NCBI GenBank assembly: GCA_964016885.1
Contig: OZ024749.1
Coordinates: 1,488,001-1,552,000 of the forward strand
Source: Eledone cirrhosa
Lineage: Eukaryota
Reading direction: 5' to 3'
Length of the DNA stretch: 64,000 nucleotides
Shown: piece after piece, positions 53,699 through 64,000 of the stretch
Numbering within the stretch: position 1 is the first letter of the stretch
Layout: every line of letters starts with the position of its first letter
Translations under genes and position numbers: made by a program
Notes under the pieces: generated by a model
The model's input: the letters and a program-made list of their open reading frames with translations, nothing else
What the model was told of the DNA's origin: nothing
Databases searched by the model: none

Positions 53699-53929
53699 TC
53701 GCTTCTCGCTGTCTTTTATATCTGCGATCTAACTTACTCGGTCCTCAATGTTGCCATTGACTGACCGACGGTCAAAAATAATATAGATACAATATAGACA
53801 CAAACACATATATATATAGTTTACATAATTTACATAAATCTTTCGTTGTACATCTGCAACATAGTCAGTGGTGTTATATTTTTTCCTCCTGTTGTGTTGT
53901 ATGTCTACGCCATTTTTTATTCAGTCTGC

Positions 53930-55190
53930 CTCCTACTTAGACTTACCTACGACACTGACTACCTAGACAGCCATGACCTTAGATGTTTCTGCCCTAGTAG
54001 ACCCCCCACCATAACCTCAATGGCAACAAAGACTCCCATGGGAAGGTGGATTGGGTGGACCAAAGCTATACGGACCCCCCAAAACAATGATCAGGTAAGA
54101 AAAATGGTCGCACATGCAATAGGGGCTAGTATCAAAACTACCCTAAAGGGCCACATATTTAAGTTCAATGAGAAAATCTACACCCAAAATGAGGGAGCAG
54201 CCATCGGCGTCAGCATAGCTAGTGATGTTGCCAACCTTTTCATGGTATGGTGGGAAAGGAGACTTAAAGATCTCCTTAATGAAAGCTCCATAGACCTCAT
54301 CATGTACTCTCGTTATGTAGACGATATCAATATAGTTATAAGAACACCCCCACTAGAGAGCACTAACAAGTTTGATTTAGAACGTAGCATGATGGAAAGC
54401 ATCCAGCAGATAGCTAATTCCATACACCAGAGTATAACTGTAACTATCGACTTCCCTTCCAAACACCCTAACAATAGACTACCTGTATTAGACACAGAAC
54501 TCTGGATTAACACTATAGACGAGAGAGCCCAAATTCTCCACTCACACTATGCTAAACCCATGGCCTCCAAATACCTGATACTCAAAAACTCAGCAATGTC
54601 CAGTAGTGCTAAGTTTAATATTCTGATCGCAGATTTGGTACGAGTGATGAAGAATGTGTCCAGCATGTGCGACCCAACAGAAATGGAAAGACACATCCAA
54701 CACTTCATCAACCGCATGCAGTTCTCTGGCTACAACCAAAGAGACAGAGTCAGAGTATACGAAGGAGCCATGGAAAAGTATAAGACCCTCATAGAACTGG
54801 ACATGAAAGGAATTTGCCCATTATACAGGAGCAAATCATGGAATAGCTTAGATAGGGCTAGACATAAAATAGGGAAGGCCACATCATGGTACGACAACCA
54901 GAGATATCAGAGTATCATGTTTGTGGATGCCACCCCTGGCGGGAAATTAGCTAACCAGTGTAGAAAGGCCCTGAGAAAGACCCACTTAAAAATAAAGGTG
55001 GTAGAAAAGCCAGGAACCACCATAAAATCCCTGATCAGCAAAACCTACCCTTTTAAGAAAACCCACTGTACCAATAGGAAATGTATCATATGTAAGGTGA
55101 ACCCCCGGATAAACTGTAAAACTAGAAACGTAGTCTATAGCATAAGATGTACAGAGGGTACCTGCAGAAACATCTGGTTCCTTACCACAT
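53930..55190 (+). mobile_element. Penelope-like element (PLE) fragment: RT, thumb, zinc finger and start of GIY-YIG
   Basis: Open frame: YTQNEGAAIGVSIASDVANLFM, RYVDD, LPVLD, FSGY, FVDATPGG, KVVEKPG, C..C..C, CKTRNVVYSIRC; truncated before YIG. Confidence 0.9.
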
Positions 55191-55339
55191 TTCCTTCGTT
55201 ATATACATATATATATATATATATATACATATATATACATATATATACACATATAATAAGGACCTGACGGACCCAGCATATTTATCAATGCCGGGACCAG
55301 TTGTATCTCAACGTACTCCATGGCCAACGTAAGATACAT

Positions 55340-56424
55340 TCTCAGAGGTGCGGTCAGTAAAGTGAGGGTAGGAATGGAGTTTAGATACAAGTAAGAGTAC
55401 ATCACGGTTCGGTCCACAGCCTGTTCATTATAGTCCTCCAAGTCATAATAGAGGAGTTTAATACTGGCTGTCCATGGGAACTTCTCTATGCTGACGATCT
55501 GGTTCTTATAGCAGAATCAGTAGAGGAGCTAGAGAATAAATTCTGGCTATGGAAACAGCAGTTGGAAGCAAGAGGACTGAGAGTGAACATAGCTAAGACA
55601 AAAGTGTTGATGAGTAGCAAAGAGAACAAAACTCTGATTCCGTCAGTGAAATGGCCATGTTCGATATACAGAAAAGGAACTGGCATAAATTCTGTAAAAT
55701 GTACACAATGCAGATCCTGGGTACACAAGAGATGTAGCGGGATAGCAGGCAAACTAACAGGTAGGGAGAAATACGTATGCAGTAGATGTTCAGGGAAATT
55801 TGACAGTAGAAGTCGCTTTGATAGACACATTTTTCAAATGCAGGCGGGTGCTATAGAAGTGGTGGATAGCTTCCGGTGCCTAGGTGATCAGATTAGCATG
55901 GGAGGGGGTTGTTCTGAGGCCATAGTATCTAGAATAAGGGCGGTTTGGAAGAAGTTTAGAAGCTGCTTCCTCTGCTGACGAAGAAGGGTTTATATGATGC
56001 CTGTGTGACGTGCGCAACGCTACATGGTAGTGAGGCATGGGCAGCAACTGCAGAGGATATGCGATGACTGGAGAGAAATGAGGCAAGCATGCTCCGTTGG
56101 ATGTGCGTGAATGACCAAGCATGGATGTGTGGAGAGTGAAACTGTGTCTGAGAGGGATAAAATGTAGTGTGCGGGAGAGGAGACTGTGATAGTATGGACA
56201 TGTGATGCGCATAGAAGATGACCGCTGGGTCAAGTGCCAAGAAATGCCAGTTGAAGACCACGAAAAACATGGGCGGAAGTGGTGAGAGCAGACCTCAGAT
56301 CGCTGAAGCTCACGGTAGAGGTGACGAAGGACCGTGACAAGTGGAGAGATGCTGTGCTGAATAGAACCCGTCCCAGACTTGCAAGCAGGGAAAAGCAGAC
56401 GTAAAATGATGATGATGATGATGA
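55340..56424 (+). mobile_element. 5'-truncated RTE LINE family B with PHD finger
   Basis: GCPWELLYADDL, GLRVNIAKTK, KWPCS...CTQC..WVHKRC...CSRC; tail CCCGTCCCAGACTTGCAAGCAGGGAAAAGCAGACGTAAAA(TGA)n. Confidence 0.9.
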
Positions 56425-56489
56425 CATATATATATACATGCTCGGAGAGATGCTAGAGTGAAAGGTGAGAGATGCTAGAGTGAAAGGTA

Positions 56490-59255
56490 ATTGATTTATG
56501 CTGTGTGCAAGAGACTAGATGGATAGTAGAGTCTGCTAGAGTCATTGTAGGCAAAAATCAGTGCTACAAATATTTCTGGGTGGGAAATGACAACGGGATG
56601 GGTGGTGTAGGTATGCTATTATCTGACAAATGGGTAGATAAGGTAATCTCAGTGAACAGGGTGAACGCAAGAATCATTAAACTCAGACTAGTCCTGAACA
56701 AAACAATTACCACAATAATATCAGCTTACGCACCCCAATCGGGATTGCCAGACGAACTTAAGGATAGGTTTTACGAGTCCGTAATGCACACTACTGCCCT
56801 AACAAATGACAATGACTTCCTAATCATTGCAGGAGACTTTAACGGACTTGTTGGGAAACACCGTGACGGCTTCTATAGAGTCCATGGAGGCTACGGGTTT
56901 GGCACAAGAAATGAAGAAGGCTTCAGGCTTCTAGAATTATGTGACGCCAATGACATGTCGATATGTAACACAAACTTCAAAAAACCCGACAACCATCTGA
57001 TCACCTATAGATCCGGAGAGCATTCCAGTCAGATTTTATCCTCATCAGAGGATATGATAGATGAACAGTTGAATGTACCTCCCAAGATAACTGTCAGAAC
57101 TAGACGAACTTGGAAACAGAAGGCAACCTGGAGAAGAAAGATCTGGAATCTGAAAGACCCCACAGCCAGTAACAGATTTAAAGATATCTTACTCGACGCC
57201 TATGACAGTAAAGAAGAACAGATAGAGATATTCAATGTAGAAGAGCACTGGGTGTTCCTAAAAAATAATTTACTAAAGGCGGAGAGGAGGAGAGTGACTT
57301 GGTGGTGGCTCAATAAGGTAGATGAGGCAGTTAAGGCTAAGAGGCAGGCATGGAAAGAATGGAAGAACAGGGGAAGGAGGGTACATTACATAGAGACCAG
57401 GAGGGAAGCTAGGCGACAAGTATACTTAGTTAGAAGGGAAGCAGAGGATAGAAAATTCAAGCATGTTTTGCAGCGTGAGGACCAGAAACAGGAGGTGTTC
57501 AAGATTGCTAGGCAGTGTGTTAGAGAGAATTGTGATGTCATTGGACATGTATCCAGAATGATAAAGGTGAGCTTGCCTTCACAAGTGCTGAGAAGAAAGA
57601 TGCCATTATGAAAGATTACTAAATGAGAATACATGGGAAAAAGAGACCCTACAGAGGGGCCAGCAGTACAAGTCAGCAGCAGCGTAGTAAGTAAGGCAAT
57701 TAAAGATATGAAGACTGGGAAGGCAACTGGTCCATTGAGTATAGCTGCCAAGATGCTGAAAGCATCTAGGTTGGTAGGTCACACCATAACCACACGTATT
57801 GTTAACCAGGTAATACTAGAGGGTCTCATACAAAAGGATTGGTGCAGCAGCATCATTGTTAACTGCTACAAGGATAAAGGTGATGCACTAGATATAGGAA
57901 ACTATAGAGGTATAAAGCTGATGGACCAGGTGATGAAAGTAACAGAAAGAGTTATAGCACATTGATTAGGGACCGGGTGAAACTAGATGAGATGCAATTT
58001 GGGTTTGTGCCAGGAAAAGGCACCACTGATGCCCTCTTCCTTGTGAGGCAGTTACAGGAAAAGTACCTAGCTAAAAGTAAGCCGCTCTATCTGGCATTTG
58101 TCGATCTGAAAAAAGCCTTCAACAGTGTCCCCTTTGCTATAATCTAGAGGACTCTTAGAAATATAGGAGTAGATAAATGGATTGTGAAAGCTGTACAAGC
58201 CATGTATAAGGGAGCAGATGCAAACAATGGGTACACAAGAGATGTAACGGGATCTCAGGAAGCTTAGCTAAGAATGTAGGCTTCACATATAGCTGCTGCT
58301 CTGGGACAGCAAGCAGCAAACGGCCACAGGAAACAAGCACCACCAAACTCTGGGAGGGCTCTGTAGAAACAGTAGACAGCTTCTGCTACCTAGGTGACCG
58401 AATTAGCAGCAGATGTGGGTGTTCTGAAAGTACAGTAACTAGGGTAAGAACAGGATGGAAGAAGTTCAGGGAGCTACTGCCACTGCTGCAAAAGGCTTTT
58501 CCCTCAAAATGAAAGGCAGACTGTATGATGCGTGTATACAAACAGCAATGTTACATGGTAGTGAAACCTGGGCGCTGTCTGTGGAAGACTTGTATAGCTT
58601 GGAAAGAAACAAAGCTTGCATGCTCCGATGGATGTGTCATAGTAATATACGCGAAAGCATAAACAAATTGAGAGAGACCGAGCATCAGAGGAATCAAATG
58701 CTGTGTGCAGGAGAGGAGGTTGCGTTGGTATGGACATGTGATGCGTATGAAGGATGACAGCTGCATAAAAAGGTGTAGGGCATTAGAAGTCGATGCAAGC
58801 CACGGAGTGGGGAGACCCAAGAAGACCTGGGATGTAGTGATAAAAGCCGACCTTACTCAATTGCATCTCTCAAAGGCGATGACACAGGACCGTGACCTCT
58901 GGCATCACGCAGTAATACAGAAGACTCGACTTCCCACGGGTACAAGTCGAAGCTGAAGCCTATAGACAATATGCTCCTACCCCTCCCACTGCATAATGGT
59001 TGTGGAGGTGCCACGGCAAAAAAGCACCCAGCCCACACTGTAAAGTCGACGTGTAGGCACCACGGAAAAAAAGCACCCAGCACTCACTGTAAATGTGGTT
59101 GGTGTTAGGAAGGGCATCCAGCTGTAGAAATCAAGCCAGAATCAATTCTTGTATCAGCAAGACATGACTCCCAACTTGGCACTGCCCACAACAGGACAAC
59201 CTGTCTAACCCATGCTAGCATGGAAGAACGGATGTAAAACGGTGATGACGACGAC
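56490..59255 (+). mobile_element. RTE LINE family A, APE to 3'UTR, with an internal deletion of the RT core (~58215)
   Basis: VQETRW, SAYAPQ, AGDFNG, NYRGIKL, QFGFVPGKGTTDA, FVDLKKAF, then a jump to WVHKRC; LHGSETW, WYGHV; (GAT/GAC)n tail. Confidence 0.92.
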
Positions 59256-59317
59256 ATACATATATATATATATATACCCACACACACACATTATATATAT
59301 ATATATATATATATATA

Positions 59318-61620
59318 CAGGGATTGAAGGTTTAGGACCTTAGGGGTATGTCATATAACCAATCTCATATTTTATCTGATGAAAACGTACTGAAACACCA
59401 GGCAACGACAACAACTGTGACATTAACATCAACAACACACGTGTATACATCAATATCTCACCAGCAATCTTCACCATTAGCAAGAGGAAGGCAACGACGA
59501 CAACAGTGTTATTAACAACAATAAGTCTACCATTAACAAGAGGAAGCCAACCCCAGCATCAGTGACTCACCTCCAACCACAAGGTCCTATGACAAACTGC
59601 TAAGTTGCTCGCATGTGTGCGTGCTGAACTCTGGGTCTTTCCGCTGGGAACAACTGACTCCGGATCCCCTCAGCGCCCTGGACTCCAATCAAGCCAGTGA
59701 CTGGGAGCGGCTGTTCTATTTCGCCCCACTCGCCCTGGGTCACCCCAGCTCTGGCGCTGACCGGGGCAGCCGGTCAACAGCAGCCTTCGTCAAGGCCAAT
59801 ATGTCGTTCTTTGGGCGAGCGCCCATTCCAAGTGTGCCCAGGGACGCCACACACCCTACCCTCAGGTACCCCCTCCAGCGCCAAGCGTTTGCGTGACCAG
59901 GTAAGTTCTTCAACAGCTGCCCATCAGAACCAGCATCCAGGGACTCCAGGCACCTCATTGTCAAGCTTGACATAAGGAATACCTTCAACTCTTTATGCCG
60001 GGATCATCTGCTCGAGGCCTGCATCAGCCGAGCCCCCTCTGCCTACCTGTCATATGGAGCCCCGAGCATGCTCCTTGCTGCTGATACGGTTATACCCTCA
60101 GCTACTGGGGTCCAACAGGGTGACCCTTTGGAACCCCTCCTGTTCGCCATTGGTATTGACCACATCGCCCGGAGTATCACGGCCCCTCTCAATGTTTGGT
60201 ATCTGGATGATGCTACGTTGGGCGGGCGCGTACAGACTGTCTGCCATGACCTTCAATCAGTGGTTCCAGCCTTACTGTGGCAGTGCCTGGCAGGAATCGG
60301 CCTTCAGGTCAACTTGTCCAAGTTCGAGGTGGTGAATATCAACCATGATACTGAGAGCTTTGCAGCCTCCATCTCGGACGTGCGGTCCATTCTCCACCAG
60401 GTACAGGTGACCCCCAACGAGGATGTCCTCATCTTTGGCTCACCGATCCACCCGTTGGCCATCTGCTCCGCCATCAGGTCCAGGCTCCAGCAACTCGAGA
60501 CTCACACGATTGGGCTTGATTGACGGCCACCCAGCTCTCTTTCTGCTGAGGAACTGCTTCGCCATGCCGAAGCTCTTCTATACATTCCGCAGCGCTCCGT
60601 GCTACACCCAGACATCTCTCCTTGCTGACCTCGATACTTGTATCCGAGCAGCAGGCGAGGAGATATGCAACGTCAAGTTTGACGACATAGGGTGGCAACA
60701 GGCCACTTTACCTCTCAGGTATGGCGGCCTTGGCCTCCGGTCTCACTAGCTTTGCTGGCGTATCTTTCGTCGGTAACCTCGTGCCGTGTCCTCATCAGCA
60801 GGGTTCTTCGAAACATAACAGAACCCTCTGTGTTCAGAGAACGTGAGGCTGCCTCTTCTGAGATGTGGGACCGGCTGGGACTTAGCCCAGTAGACGTCCC
60901 TCCTCCTTCTCCCCCTGTTGATGTCAAGTCCCCCCTCCCAACGCACTTGGGATGCCATCCAGTGCAGCCTGGCCTCTGACAGGCTCACGCGCCAGCTCGA
61001 CCATAGCCTGCACATTGGCTTATCCCTGAGGCTCAGCCTCTGGATCTGCCAGCGACACCAATGTCACTGGGTTCCACCGTGGACTCTTTCGGCCTCCACC
61101 CACTTTCCTGTTGCCACAGTGTCGGCCGCATTCCACGCCATGCTGCCCTCAACGAGGTCATTAAGCATGGCATGGGCGCTGCAGGCTTCCCTTCCCGGTG
61201 GGGCTGGATCGAGGGGACGGCAAAAGGCCAGATGGCATGACCATCTTCCCGTTCCGCGGTGGCAAACCCCTCGTCTGGGATGCCACTTGCCCCAACACTT
61301 TCTGCAGTCGCAACCTGGTGCAGTCTGCGACTGACCCAGGTTCTGCTGCATGTCGGGCTGAGGGGGCCAAACTCCTCAAATACCGGTTGCTCTCCGACAG
61401 GTTTGCGGTCGTACCCCTGGCAGTGGAGACTTCTGGTGTCCTCGGCCCCAGGGCTACCTCCTTACTCACCACCATAGGTGCTCTGTTGGCCAGCCGCGCG
61501 AGTTGGAGTGGCTTTTCCAGCGCGTCTCTCTTGCCGTGCTCCGAGGAAACGCCTTCTTCATTCTGTTCGCCGGGGCTGGGGGTGGGCCCCATCGCGTACC
61601 GTTGTAGTAGAAGAAACAGG
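59318..61620 (+). mobile_element. CRE-clade RLE non-LTR retrotransposon, decayed and internally deleted
   Basis: KLDIRNTFNS, GVQQGDPLEPLLF, WYLDD, GLQVNLSK, QATLPLRYGGLG, C.....D..GLHPLSC...RH, KRPDG, VWDATC, PLAVETSG. Confidence 0.9.
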
Positions 61621-62094
61621 AAGGCAACAACTGGAAAGTTTGATTTTCTACATAATAAACAGTTATTTATTACCAGGGAAAATATTACAGGGCCTGATTG
61701 TACCTTTGAGATATGTGTAATAAAATATATACTTTGGTTATAATAATATTTCTCATTTATTAATATTTTGATTAATATTATAGATACTCCAGATAAAAAC
61801 TGTCGAGTGCTTCTAATCTATTGTAAAATTGAATTCGTTGAATAATCAACGAACCATATAAACTTTTGGTTATAATATATATATATATACATAGACATAC
61901 ATAAATACATATACAGACATACATAAATAAATACATATAGCGTCATATGAAAACACACTAAACACATTCTTTTACAAAAGTACAAGTACATAGACATGTA
62001 TAAATATATATACACACATGTATACCCACACACTTGTTCTTTGTGTGTACATTACACAAGATAGTGATATATCTAAGACACTTAGCAATAATGA

Positions 62095-62286
62095 GGATGA
62101 TGGTGGTGGTAGTGGTGTTGGTTGCAGTGATGGTGGTGGTGATGATGGTGGTGGTGGTAGAGGTGGTGATGATGGTGGTGGTGTTGGTTGCAGTGATGGT
62201 GGTGATGGTGGTTGTGGTGGCGATGGTGGTGGTGGCGGCGGTGATGGTGATGCTGGTTGTGGTGGTGACGGTGATGGTGGTGGTGT
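62095..62286. repeat. (GGT/GAT)n tract
   Basis: Directly visible. Confidence 0.9.
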
Positions 62287-64000
62287 TTAACTGTAAAATT
62301 ACAATACAGCTATCTCTCTAAAGTAGATTCATCTGGCTTAAAACACACAACAGCTTTGAAAAACAAGTAAACATGGTCTTTTTTGTATTATCTCTGCGCG
62401 CGGTAAGACCCGTGTTTGTGTGTATGAAAGAGTGTGATGTGCATGTATGTATGAATGTGCGTGTATGGTGTGCATGTATGTGTGTTTATGTGTGGTGTGC
62501 TTGTATGTGATGTATGTATATGTAGTGTATGTATGTGTGGTGTGTGTATGTGTTCATGTGTGGTGTATGTATATGTAATGTATGTATGTGTTCATGTGTA
62601 TGTATATGTAATGTATGTATATGTTGTGTATGTATATGTTCAAGTGTGGTGTATATATATGTTCATGTGTTGTGTATGTATATGTTCAAGTCGCCATCTC
62701 AAATCTCATAAATAATCGTCCCCTAATGGCTGGTCAGCCACATATCTCCAGAACCAAGTCTTTTTTTATTATTTTTGGAGGGAAAATATTGAACAGGTCA
62801 AGTGGAGGTTGCGACAAAAAGAAAATTAAATATATAATTCTGAGAACCAAAACAATAATGAAATTTCACCCTAGCTACAACCTACAAACACTAAATTTAA
62901 CAGTATTGCTAGAATTATAGGGCCAAATGAATGGCAGTAGTTATTTTACATTCTGTAATGAGATCGATAAGATCAAGTACTAGTCAATTTCTGTAGTCTT
63001 ATCGTTAAAAAAAAATCGTTATTGTATGTTATTACAAGCATGCACTTAAATATACACGGGGTGTTTGAATATGTATATATACAATATATGTAGAGAGAAA
63101 GCCAGTTATAATTGGAAATTTGGTGGCCAGTCAATCTGGTTCTCCCACACTGCCCGGGCACCTACCAGGGTGGCCGTTATTGAGGATTATTTCTCACATT
63201 TTCTTTCTATTTAGACTCACTAATTATTTACTTTCGTCTAGAAGACAAACATAAAATATAACAAAAACACGAAGCATCTGCTTGAAGCAAATATCCACTA
63301 GTTACTCATATTTCTATGTTAGTGATCATATAATCACATTTGTATCGGCTTTCCTCAACATTTTGGTCAATATTATTTCCAATAGCTTCTCTTAGAAAAA
63401 ATATCCCCTTCCCATATTTTATTTTATCTTGAAGAGGAAATACATATCGATACACATATATTTGAGATCCGATTGGATTTCATTTATTTATTAAATATTC
63501 CTTTTTTTTCTTTTCTTTCTTCTTCGTCTCAAAGGTTTATCATAGATTCTGTAGCTCCTATAGCCATCATTATACACAAGAATAACTATCTCCACTGATA
63601 GATAGATGGACATTTTATTGCATTCAACTATAATACTTAATAGAAATAAATACAATAGACAAATGCTTAAACGACAATCGATATATCATTCGAGCAAAAT
63701 ATCCCGTCTGGAATATATAAAGAAGAAAAGGGAAATATATATATTAAATGTTGGGTTTTATTATTTGCTGGTGGTAATTTCTATAGCAGTCGCCGTGACT
63801 CCAAAACAACAGGAGCTGCCGTCTTCTTCCTGGCTTCCACTGCAACATATCCCAAACAGGTGTCTTTTAGGGAAGAATTTTAAATCCCCAAACCCCTTCC
63901 TTGTGTTTCCTTTGGTGTTTGTATTTCTTGGATAGGTTAATTGTATCAAAAATTACAGGAGGGAGAAATTGTATTTTACAGCATATGTGTATATAAGAAT

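Noticed and set aside
59376-59400. CTGATGA...GAAAC hammerhead-like core near the CRE 5' end
   Set aside because: No pairable stem II or convincing stems I/III
63606-63949. Short ORFs and possible splice sites near the window end
   Set aside because: No recognisable motif, weak donor, insufficient evidence

Overview
Eukaryotic, repeat-saturated, AT-rich DNA, most consistent with a coleoid cephalopod (octopus-like) intron or intergenic region; this is inferred from the SINE/LINE families and the very long (TA)n/(TACA)n tracts. Nearly all recognisable coding sequence is decayed mobile DNA: a near full-length Tx1-clade LINE, several RTE-clade LINE families (most with a PHD finger embedded in the RT C-terminus), CR1, R4/Dong, CRE and Penelope-like retroelements, a Tc1/mariner (maT-like) fragment, piggyBac- and hAT-like MITEs, three tRNA-derived SINE families and a possible solo LTR. 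Many minisatellites are present, several seeded from TE sequence. A few minus-strand exons of an unidentified host gene probably lie at 6.6-14.2 kb. The strongest leads are a Tx1 LINE that shares its 3' end with a Deu/Nin-type SINE and sits inside a head-to-tail array of that SINE (possible self-targeting LINE-SINE pair), a CORE-SINE assembled from parts of two different RTE families, a minimal hammerhead ribozyme motif, and a ~340-bp-arm inverted SINE pair. No CRISPR array, rRNA or genuine tRNA gene is supported. All calls come from reading the sequence by eye; boundaries are approximate.
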